A stretch of DNA of 64,000 bases from Bacteroidota bacterium (GTDB lineage Bacteria; Bacteroidota; Bacteroidia; JADZBD01), in contig JBFLYZ010000014.1 of NCBI GenBank assembly GCA_040756415.1, positions 2,075 through 66,074 of the forward strand. The letters run 5' to 3'. Numbering within the stretch: the first letter of the stretch is position 1; each line of letters begins with the position of its first letter. The translations under genes and the position numbers were made by a program. The notes under the pieces are model-generated. The model ran no database searches and was not told the origin of the DNA. It saw only the letters and a list, made by a program, of their open reading frames with translations. Below, piece by piece: positions 20,501 through 27,804 of the stretch.

Positions 20501-21288
20501 AACGTTCCGTTGTTGACGATGTTCCCGGCAATGTTCCAGTCTTCCACAACGGCACAGTTCCAGGTGCCGTTTACCGTCAGGTCGGCTATGTTCCGCGTGC
20601 CGTTAGCGCTGGTGATATTGAGGGTAGATCCGATGATTGACGGACCGGTAAAGTTCAGGTTGGCGTTGGCCAGGGTATTGGTTCCGCTGGATACGTTGAA
20701 GGTACCCGGGATCGTGAATATGCCGTTGCTTGATCCGGAAATAGTCGCGCCCATCATGGTAAACGTGCCGTTAATGGTATATGTCTCGGCCGCGGAACTG
20801 TTCCATAAGCTTCCGCTGTTCATGACCACGTTCTGGAAGACCTTGTTCCCAAGCGTGTTATTGAACGTAATGGTGCCGGAAATGGTGGCCGTAGCGTTCG
20901 AAAGCAGGTTGCAGTTTCCAACCGTGGCAGTGGCTCCGGCAGGAACGATCAGCGGACCATTCACATTTAGCGTTCCTGTACTGAGAAAGCCAAAAATAAT
21001 GCTGCCGTTATTGAGCCGTAGCCCGCCCGCCCCCACATTGGTGGTCCTTACCTGGTTCCAGTAGATAATACCGTTCACCGTCAGCGAAAGGCAATTGCCC
21101 GAATTGCCGTTCATATTGATAAAATGGCCGGCCTGTACAATCACGTCATCTCCTGGTCCTGGCGCTCCCATGGGCGACCAGGTAACGGCAGCCTGCCAGT
21201 TACCGCTGGCGGTACTGGTCTTCAATACGGCAGAAGCATCCAGGACTATTCCTAAGAAGAAGCACAAAAGGATGAGCAGATCCTTCAT
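17509..21288 (-). CDS. Giant T9SS-secreted cell-surface protein with PKD and SprB-type repeats
   Basis: 1259 aa with a signal peptide and Thr/Ser/Gly/Asn-rich beta-repeat regions. It has a PKD domain (…YTWNFGDNSMTD…GTYTVTLIASNGNC), SprB-type repeats (C.G..DG…GG.P.Y.Y.W) and a T9SS CTD at the C-terminus (…GVYFLNIHSGQYSRTIRFEL). Confidence 0.7.
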   Translation of the reverse strand: MKDLLILLCFFLGIVLDASAVLKTSTASGNWQAAVTWSPMGAPGPGDDVIVQAGHFINMNGNSGNCLSLTVNGIIYWNQVRTTNVGAGGLRLNNGSIIFGFLSTGTLNVNGPLIVPAGATATVGNCNLLSNATATISGTITFNNTLGNKVFQNVVMNSGSLWNSSAAETYTINGTFTMMGATISGSSNGIFTIPGTFNVSSGTNTLANANLNFTGPSIIGSTLNITSANGTRNIADLTVNGTWNCAVVEDWNIAGNIVNNGTFTANTGTYTLSGTAKTISGSNALTFPGIVSVTGSYTNNGTVNINNRISGPGTWAQGSGTLNYNASTVTFSVATFDPSGAGNTVNYNFAGNQTVRAPLTAYHHLTLSGSGTKSLVSDVIVNGDVTISSTFDVSSPFNDLTVGGNWSSTGSFNPRTGTATVTFNGTSPQSISRTGGETFNHLVFSNGGIKTLASNITTNASLTINSGAVLDGSSFTIDVNTTWTNNGTFNAQTSTVLMSGTAAQTIGGTAITTFYNLTINNAAGVSITSAQNLQGSLTVTNGIFTTTGQIFTILSNASGTGRIAAIPATGNIAGNITMQRFIPSGATTDWRMLGTCITGQTLASWNDDFIMAGFTGSDYPNFGWVSVMTYNETLVVPPYDDKDSGFVWATNISNPLTLGVGFYCYVGPAPITIDVTGVPNKFNFTFPGLTYSNSGNPLNDGWNLVSNPYPSSIDWDAVGWTKTSLNNAIYVWNPNLQQFASYIAGIGTNGGTSVIPSTQGFWIQANAAGPALSMTENVKSATDQAFMRMAQTQQIYNLGLNIYGNNLQDQTVIRFDPSATNGFDNGLDAYKLYGGPNAPYLATVMNNSDYSINSIPMPGTSISIPLRVLVGANGTYTITRDSLSNLPLSACMVLEDLLTGTTTDLRTFTSYTFSISDTSYSPRFLIHISSPIQKQTFGVTCYGDSVGYAIAMGNGSGPWTYVWKDSLGNILQTSAAISTADTLMNLTAGIYTVEVIDASSVCGMVSDTFMVTQPGQLIATPLPSDVSCNGMNDGSLLLQISGGTPTYTFSWSNGATVQNLSGLPPGNYAVIVSDANGCSGSANALINQPAPVTASFSASNDTADLYTNGLVSFTNSSSGASSYTWNFGDNSMTDNSANPVHYYQSTGTYTVTLIASNGNCSDTSTFVITVVNTTGLPETPLLQHIGLSTGDNLLTLHFDLPAPATVTVTVTNVLGQQVIQEISFSAHRNELPVPMHAPKGVYFLNIHSGQYSRTIRFEL

Positions 21289-21634
21289 CTGGCAGGGGCG
21301 TTGTATACTGGTTCAGCGGGCTCCCGAGGGCACACTATACCGAATATATGCGAATCTACAAAAAACCATGTAGTATCCAAACCTGTGATACGACTTTTAG
21401 ACTAATAGGTTGCTTTTACGGTACAAATACAGGCCCCTGGAAGTGAACAGGCGTTCGTTTAAGGGATTTGGTCGACCCGAATATGGCCTTGGCTGGATAA
21501 AAAGTGGTCATGACTATTCTTTTGTCCTTTTCAACTAATATTTCGGGGCTTCTGCTTTACCCGGCAGTAGTTTTACCGCGGGAATTGTTTTTAATAATCT
21601 TCTATAAAAACGCATTAAACTCTCTACAACCGAA

Positions 21635-22120
21635 ATGAAGAAAGTGAATGAAATCATGATCGACTCGCCCTTTTATTGTGAAGCCGGTGAGTCGCTTCTG
21701 GCGGTGGCCAGGCAGATGTCTGCGGCAAGCGTCAGTTCCATACCCGTTGTGAATGCGCATAATAAAGTGATCGGGATGATCCGCGACAGGGATATCTGCG
21801 TGGTGTTTTCGGATGAGTCGAGCTATCCGCTTTCAGAGCGCACGGTCGAGGATGCGATGAGCCAGGAGGTATATACCTGCACGCCCGAAGATAATCTTGA
21901 TACGGTGCTCAAGGCTATGCGGCTGAACAGGGTCGGGCAATTGGTAGTGGTCGATGAGCAAGAACGGCTGGCCGGTATCGTTACCCTGAGCACGGTGGTC
22001 AAGCGGTTATATGGCTCGAATGAGACCCAGATCCAGTACACGGGAAGCGAGAATATACTCAAGACCCTGTATTCGCTGGCTGACCGCAATATGAAAGAGT
22101 ATGTTTCGGTTACGATATGA
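21635..22120 (+). CDS. CBS-domain pair protein
   Basis: 161 aa with two CBS motifs (IPVVNAHNKVIGMIRDRDI ; VGQLVVVDEQERLAGIVTLSTVV). Confidence 0.8.
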   Translation: MKKVNEIMIDSPFYCEAGESLLAVARQMSAASVSSIPVVNAHNKVIGMIRDRDICVVFSDESSYPLSERTVEDAMSQEVYTCTPEDNLDTVLKAMRLNRVGQLVVVDEQERLAGIVTLSTVVKRLYGSNETQIQYTGSENILKTLYSLADRNMKEYVSVTI

Positions 22121-22206
22121 AATTTTCCTGGTCGGAAAGTAAATTCCCTTTATCGCCCCGTAAGGCGAGGGGAATTTTACCATGAAGAAGGTAAAAAGAA
22201 TGTAAG

Positions 22207-22635
22207 ATGAAAAGGACATTTTGGATCGCTGTGCTTGTAGCCGCGGTGTTTGCGACCATCCTGGCCATACAGGTGCTTAAGTCAGATCCGCCAGCGGATG
22301 CTACTCTTGCAACCGCCAGCATTCAGCAGAACGATAAATGGGTGCTCTCGGTGGAGAACAAGTGGCTGGGTGGCGATAATTCCTGGTACCGGTACGATTC
22401 AAGGGATACGGTGCTGCTTAGAACAAAGGATAATCAGCTCTGGGAGCGTGTAAAGGACGGTACCTGGCAGGATATGGAGGGTAACTGGCTGAGAATAAGC
22501 AATAAAAGATTGATATGGTCGATAGACGCTGGAAAGACCTGGACAGAAGTGCCTAATGGAAAGTGGCAATCGGGCGATGGGGCCTGGTACCGTTTTAACC
22601 AGGATTGGGCGCTGATGGTCAAAACGGCCAGGTAA
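22207..22635 (+). CDS. Small secreted/membrane-anchored protein with W-rich internal repeats
   Basis: Signal anchor MKRTFWIAVLVAAVFATILA, and a repeated DxxWYRxxxD motif (NSWYRYDSRD ; GAWYRFNQD). Confidence 0.4.
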   Translation: MKRTFWIAVLVAAVFATILAIQVLKSDPPADATLATASIQQNDKWVLSVENKWLGGDNSWYRYDSRDTVLLRTKDNQLWERVKDGTWQDMEGNWLRISNKRLIWSIDAGKTWTEVPNGKWQSGDGAWYRFNQDWALMVKTAR

Positions 22636-22684
22636 CGGTAAGCCCTGTGACGTGCTATATACAGGGCACAACGAACAAGTAAAA

Positions 22685-23167
22685 ATGAAAAAAGTAAAGG
22701 AAGTGATGATCGATTCACCGTTCTATTGCCTGGGACGCGAATCCCTGCAACTGGTAGCAAAGCAGATGTCGGCAGCCAATATCAACTCGCTGCCTGTTGT
22801 GGATAAGAACAATAAAGTGATCGGTATCCTTGGCGAGCTGGATATATGCATGGCCTTCTCGGACGAGAAGAACTATCCTTTGTCCGATCTGCTGGTGGAA
22901 AACGCTATGCAGCGCGAGGTGTTTACCTGCTCGCCCGATGACAATCTTGCCGATGCGCTGCGGATGATGCGCGAAAACCGCGTGGGACGGCTGGTGGTGG
23001 AGGAAGAGGAAACGCTCATAGGCATTATTACGCTGGCCCAGGTCGTGAAAAAGCTGTATGGTACCAACGAGGAGTCCATGCAAGATACCGGTAAGGAGAA
23101 TGTATTGAAAACCTTATATACGCTGGCGGAGAACAAACCGAAGGAGTTTACTTCGGTGTCAGTTTAA
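22685..23167 (+). CDS. CBS-domain pair protein (paralog of 21635..22120)
   Basis: It shares the same architecture and many identical stretches (MIDSPFYC, SLPVVDKNNKVIGI, TLYTLAENKPKEFTSVSV versus TLYSLADRNMKEYVSVTI). Confidence 0.8.
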   Translation: MKKVKEVMIDSPFYCLGRESLQLVAKQMSAANINSLPVVDKNNKVIGILGELDICMAFSDEKNYPLSDLLVENAMQREVFTCSPDDNLADALRMMRENRVGRLVVEEEETLIGIITLAQVVKKLYGTNEESMQDTGKENVLKTLYTLAENKPKEFTSVSV

Positions 23168-23183
23168 TTGCAGGCATAAAAAC

Positions 23184-23214
23184 AAAAAGGTCCCGCTTAA
23201 GCGGGACCTTTTTG
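23184..23214. terminator. Bidirectional rho-independent terminator
   Basis: aaaaaGGTCCCGCttaaGCGGGACCttttt sits between the convergent genes 22685..23167(+) and 23230..25380(-). Confidence 0.65.
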
Positions 23215-23229
23215 CTTTGACAGAACGGT

Positions 23230-25380
23230 TTAGTTCGTAATGCTCAGCTTCTGTGCCGAGTAGCTCGACCCGTTCGATATTTTGACCATGTACATACCGG
23301 CCTTAAGGTTAAGCGCATTTTTATCGATGCTTACCACCTTATCGCCAGCGGTCTGGTTCTGCTTATTCACGATCAGCACCTCTCTTCCAAGCATGTCGAT
23401 CATGCTGATGGTGATGTTCTCATCGTTAACCAGGGTATAGGCGATGTTGATTAGGTCTCCGCCCTTTGAAGGGTTAGGATACACGTTGAGCCCGAAATTG
23501 TAGTTCTGTATCTCGCTCTCTCCCACGCCCACACCGTTGATATTGATGTCATCGATATAGATGTTATTGGGCGAGCTGCCGGTGGTATACTGGAACTTGA
23601 AGCGCACGTTGGCTACCTGCACCTGGCTGGGTAGGGTAACGGTTGCCGTTTGCCAGTGGCTGGGCGAGCTGGGCACAAAGAAGCCCTGCGAATAGCCAGC
23701 CGTACACAGGTTGGCGCCCGTAATGGTCTGGCGCAGTATCCAGGTCACACCGCAATCTACAGAGGTATACACCCTGAGGGTTTCGTCAACGACAAAGGTG
23801 TTGATACCCGAAGAAGCAGCCGCATACTTATAAGTAAGGGTCATGCCGCTGGTAGAGGAGAGGTTGTAAGAAGGAGTGATCACCTCATCCACCACATAGT
23901 TATCCTCGCCAAAGCTGTTCACCATGATGCTGTTGCTGCCGGTGTAGCCTGCGCTTGAGCTCTGCTGCCACTTCGACATATTCTGCTCGTCATTGATCAC
24001 GATCCATTGCTGTGCGAAGTTGCTGTTCTCGAAGCTTTCTGAAGGGCCGCCAAAGTAATCGTACCAGGGCGGGCTAACAAAAATGAGGTTATGCTTGTAG
24101 CAAGTATCGCTTCCCGCGCTGTTGGTAACAGTGAGCCATACATGCTGCCATCCCCAGGTGCTGAAGGTAACGGTGGGGCTGGCGGCCGTTGAAGTGGCCG
24201 GAGTGCCGTTTGTGAAGGTCCACACCCTGCTGGTAACAGGAGCTCTCCAGGAGCGGTCGGTAAAGGTCACCGTTCCTCCCTGGCAGATAAAGTACCTGTT
24301 GGGCGTGAAGTCAGCCACCGGGATACAGGTGGGAGGATTGGCCTGCGAGGCTGAATCCGATCCTGTGGCCAGGAGGTTGGCCGGCTTCCAGAGGTTGTTG
24401 CGGGAGGCTACAGCGCTTTGCAGGGTTGCCCACATGGCATCGCGCTGCCCGTTGGTGAACATTTTTGAACAATAAGAATATTCCATGAAATTCTCTACGT
24501 TCTCGGGAACAGTATCGGGAGGCTGGTTCTGCAAGGCGCAGAAAGACCAGTTAACACCGAAGGCACCGGGAGCGGGGCAAGTAACATACCCTTTTGTAGG
24601 GGGAGTATCGGCAATACCATCGTCACCGCAGGCCACATTGGGGCTGTTATTGCTGCCCCAGGTATGCGACAGGCTCAGATAATGGCCGATCTCGTGGGTC
24701 AAAGCCCTGGATGTATTGGGAGCGCCAGTGCCGATGCTCCCTATGTAATCATGCAGGATAATGATGCCATCACGGGTATACAGGATCCCGGTAACAGCCG
24801 AAGGATAATAAGCATAACCGGCAACGTTCGCATCACCAATGGTCTTCACCACCCATACGTTAAGGTACTTCGCCCTGTCCCATTGGTTGAGTTTGGCCTC
24901 GTCATTAGCCTGGTTGGTCTCGTGTGAATAGATGCGGTCGATACCGTTGGTGCAATTGCCTTCAGGATCTTTGGTGGGAAGGCGGAACTCGATCTTGCTG
25001 TCGGCCGCAATGCTGTCGAAGCCCATCTGAATGGTAGAGGTATCCGCGTTCAGCTTGCGGAAGTCCTCGTTGAGAATGCTTACCGCATCAAGGATCTGCG
25101 CATCGCTGATGTATTCTACGCCATACTGGTGTATGATGTGGAATACGATAGGGATGATATAGGTGGGCGCGGATTGCACATCGGGGTTCTGCTGCTTGAA
25201 GAGCAGGGCATTCTGGCGGGAGTTGGCCAGCAGTTGTTCGTGCTCCTGCTGGAGGCCGGGGTACTGCTCGAACAGCTTATGCATCATCTCGTCCGTGCCG
25301 CAATTCAATTGCGCATTGGCCTTTTGTGTTCCCAGCACAAGCAGTCCGCATGCGAGAAAAGTGTAGATCTTTTGTTTCAT
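23230..25380 (-). CDS. T9SS-secreted zinc metalloprotease, M43/pappalysin-like (copy 1)
   Basis: Signal peptide MKQKIYTFLACGLLVLGTQKANA, a metzincin motif (HEIGHYLSLSH), a MAM-like beta-sandwich region, and a T9SS CTD (LNVYPNPSKGGDLINIAYTL…MYMVKISNGSSYSAQKLSITN). Confidence 0.75.
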   Translation of the reverse strand: MKQKIYTFLACGLLVLGTQKANAQLNCGTDEMMHKLFEQYPGLQQEHEQLLANSRQNALLFKQQNPDVQSAPTYIIPIVFHIIHQYGVEYISDAQILDAVSILNEDFRKLNADTSTIQMGFDSIAADSKIEFRLPTKDPEGNCTNGIDRIYSHETNQANDEAKLNQWDRAKYLNVWVVKTIGDANVAGYAYYPSAVTGILYTRDGIIILHDYIGSIGTGAPNTSRALTHEIGHYLSLSHTWGSNNSPNVACGDDGIADTPPTKGYVTCPAPGAFGVNWSFCALQNQPPDTVPENVENFMEYSYCSKMFTNGQRDAMWATLQSAVASRNNLWKPANLLATGSDSASQANPPTCIPVADFTPNRYFICQGGTVTFTDRSWRAPVTSRVWTFTNGTPATSTAASPTVTFSTWGWQHVWLTVTNSAGSDTCYKHNLIFVSPPWYDYFGGPSESFENSNFAQQWIVINDEQNMSKWQQSSSAGYTGSNSIMVNSFGEDNYVVDEVITPSYNLSSTSGMTLTYKYAAASSGINTFVVDETLRVYTSVDCGVTWILRQTITGANLCTAGYSQGFFVPSSPSHWQTATVTLPSQVQVANVRFKFQYTTGSSPNNIYIDDININGVGVGESEIQNYNFGLNVYPNPSKGGDLINIAYTLVNDENITISMIDMLGREVLIVNKQNQTAGDKVVSIDKNALNLKAGMYMVKISNGSSYSAQKLSITN

Positions 25381-25477
25381 AGCTACTGTGTTTATTGGTT
25401 GATAAAACAGGGGATGTTTATCAAGCACCAAATATAGGGAAATTTTAATTCGTCAAAACACAAAATTACCGGGTCTG

Positions 25478-25510
25478 TAAAAACCCCCTCCTGTTCACGG
25501 GAGGGGGTTT
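25478..25510 (-). terminator. Rho-independent terminator of protease copy 2
   Basis: CCCCCTCC-tgttcacg-GGAGGGGG is followed by a T-run on the minus strand. It lies just downstream of stop 25520 and upstream of the copy 1 start. Confidence 0.5.
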
Positions 25511-25519
25511 ACGGTTCAT

Positions 25520-27664
25520 CTAATCTGTGATGACCAGCTTCTGGGTGGAATAGCTCGATCCGTTTGATATTTTGACCATATATACACCGGCCGTGAGGTT
25601 AAGGGCATCCTTATCGATGCTCACCACCTTGTCGCCCGCGGTCTGGTTCTGGCTGTTCACGATCGCCACCTCTCTGCCTACCATATCCACCAAGGTAATT
25701 GCGATATTAGCATCGTTCGCCAAGGTATAGGCAATGTTGATCTCCTCCCCGCCCTTTGAAGGGTTAGGGTACACGTTCAGCCCGAAGTTGTAGTTCGTCA
25801 GCTCATTCTCGCCCACGCCCACACCGTTGATATTGATATCATCGATGTAAATATTATTTGGCGTGTACCCGGTGGTATACTGGAACTTGAAGCGCACGTT
25901 GGCCACCTGTAACGGGCTGGGCAGGGTAACGGTTGCCGTCTGCCAGTGGCTGGGAGAGCTGGGCACGAAGAAGCTCTGCGAATAGCCAGCCGTACACAGG
26001 TTGGCTCCTGTTATGGTCTGGCGCAGCACCCAGGTTGCACCGCAGTCGACCGAGGTATATACCCTCAGCGTTTCATCCAGCAGAAATGAGTTGATCCCTG
26101 CCGAAGCGGCTGCATACTTATAGGTCAGGGTCATGCCCGTGTTATCGGAAAGATCATACGATGGAGAAATAAGCTCATCAACAACATAGTTATCCTCTCC
26201 GTAGGTGTTTACCATCACGCAGTTGCTGCCCGTGTATCCGGCCGAACTGGTCTGCTGCCATTTGGATGTATTGTTCTCATCGTTTACTACGATCCACTGC
26301 TGCGCGAAGTTGCTGTTCTCGAAGCTTTCGGAAGGGCCGCCAAAGTAATCGTACCAGGGCGGGCTCACAAAAATGAGGTTATGCTTGTAGCAGGTATCGC
26401 TGCCTGCGCTGTTGGTCACAGTAAGCCATACATGCTGCCATCCCCACGTATTGAAGGTTACGGTGGGATTGGCCGCTGTTGAAGTGGCCGGAGTGCCGTT
26501 AGTGAAGGTCCACATCCTGCTGGTAACAGGGGCCCTCCAGGAGCGGTCGGTAAAGGTCACTGTTCCTCCCTGGCAAACGAAATACCTGTTGGCAGACATG
26601 TCGGCCACCGGTATACAGGTAGGCGGATTGGCCTGCGAGGCTGAATCCGATCCCGTGGCCAGGAGGTTGGCCGGCTTCCAGAGATTGTTCCGTGATGCTA
26701 TGCCGCTTTGTAGGGTAGCTTCCATGGCAGCAGATTGCCCGAGGGTGAACATCCTCGAACAAAATGAATATTCCATGTAGTTCTCAACATTTTCCACGAT
26801 CGTATCGTCAGGCAGCGAGCAGTCGACCCATTCCATATAAAGCGGAGGGGTGGGGATAGTACAGCTCACATGTCCCCTGGTAGGCGGTGTGTCCAGTATC
26901 CCATCGTCTCCGCAAACCTGTTCGGGATCATTGTTGCTGCCCCATAAATGCGAAAGGCTCAGGTAGTGGCCGATCTCGTGCGTAAGGGTTCTGGCATGAG
27001 GGGGCTGGCTGGTGCCGATGCTTCCCACGTAATTGTGCAATACGACAATGCCGTCACGGGTATATAATATACCTGTAACCGCAGATGGGTAATAAGCATA
27101 CCCTGCCACACCGGAGGCGCCAATTGTTCTGGCAATCCATATGTTCAGGTATTTGTCACGCGGCCATTGATTGAACTTGATCTCATCGTTCGCTTCGTTG
27201 GTTTCATGCGAATAGATGCGATTGATACCATTCGTGCAGAATCCGTCAGGATCTTTAGTGGCCAGACGGAACTCGATCCTGCAGTCAGCCGCAATGGGCT
27301 GAAAGGGAGGGATGATCATCGCGGTATCTGCGTTCAGCTTGCGGAAGTCCTCGTTCAGGATATTGACCGCATCGATAACCTGGGCATCTGAAATATATTC
27401 AACCCCGTACTGGTGAACAATGTGAAACACCACCGGGATAATATAGGTGGGGGCTGATTGCACATCAGGATTTTGCTGCTTAAAGAGCAGGGCATCCTGT
27501 CGTGCCTGGGCCAGCAGTTGTTCGTGCTCTGCCTGCAATCCCGGATACTGCTCAAAAAGCTGGTGCATCATGTGATCGGTCCCACAGTTCAATTGGGCGA
27601 CAGCCCCGTTGGTCCCGGCCCATAGCAATGCTACCGCCAGGATGGTGTAGGTCTTCGTTTTCAT
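25520..27664 (-). CDS. T9SS-secreted zinc metalloprotease, M43/pappalysin-like (copy 2)
   Basis: It is collinear with copy 1 at very high identity (most of the prodomain, HEIGHYLSLSH and the CTD are identical or near-identical). Signal peptide MKTKTYTILAVALLWAGTNGAVA. Confidence 0.75.
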   Translation of the reverse strand: MKTKTYTILAVALLWAGTNGAVAQLNCGTDHMMHQLFEQYPGLQAEHEQLLAQARQDALLFKQQNPDVQSAPTYIIPVVFHIVHQYGVEYISDAQVIDAVNILNEDFRKLNADTAMIIPPFQPIAADCRIEFRLATKDPDGFCTNGINRIYSHETNEANDEIKFNQWPRDKYLNIWIARTIGASGVAGYAYYPSAVTGILYTRDGIVVLHNYVGSIGTSQPPHARTLTHEIGHYLSLSHLWGSNNDPEQVCGDDGILDTPPTRGHVSCTIPTPPLYMEWVDCSLPDDTIVENVENYMEYSFCSRMFTLGQSAAMEATLQSGIASRNNLWKPANLLATGSDSASQANPPTCIPVADMSANRYFVCQGGTVTFTDRSWRAPVTSRMWTFTNGTPATSTAANPTVTFNTWGWQHVWLTVTNSAGSDTCYKHNLIFVSPPWYDYFGGPSESFENSNFAQQWIVVNDENNTSKWQQTSSAGYTGSNCVMVNTYGEDNYVVDELISPSYDLSDNTGMTLTYKYAAASAGINSFLLDETLRVYTSVDCGATWVLRQTITGANLCTAGYSQSFFVPSSPSHWQTATVTLPSPLQVANVRFKFQYTTGYTPNNIYIDDININGVGVGENELTNYNFGLNVYPNPSKGGEEINIAYTLANDANIAITLVDMVGREVAIVNSQNQTAGDKVVSIDKDALNLTAGVYMVKISNGSSYSTQKLVITD

Positions 27665-27761
27665 GCAATAAAAGTTAAGAGGGTTTGATAAAACGGGGAT
27701 GTTTATCAAAGCAAATATAGCAATTTATTTTTTTAGTTCCAAATCGGGCCGGGCCTGAAAG

Positions 27762-27786
27762 AAAAAAAGCCCCGGCCGGGGCTTTT
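27762..27786 (-). terminator. Rho-independent terminator downstream of TonB-dependent receptor
   Basis: aaaaaaaGCCCCGGCCGGGGCtttt, a palindromic GC stem with A and T runs on either side. Confidence 0.55.
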
Positions 27787-27804
27787 GGGAGGGGAGATAA
27801 GAGA

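Noticed and set aside
22121-22206. GC hairpin (CGCCCCgtaaGGCGAGGGG) after the first CBS gene, as a possible terminator.
   Set aside because: The stem is only 4-5 bp on careful pairing and there is no convincing T-run.
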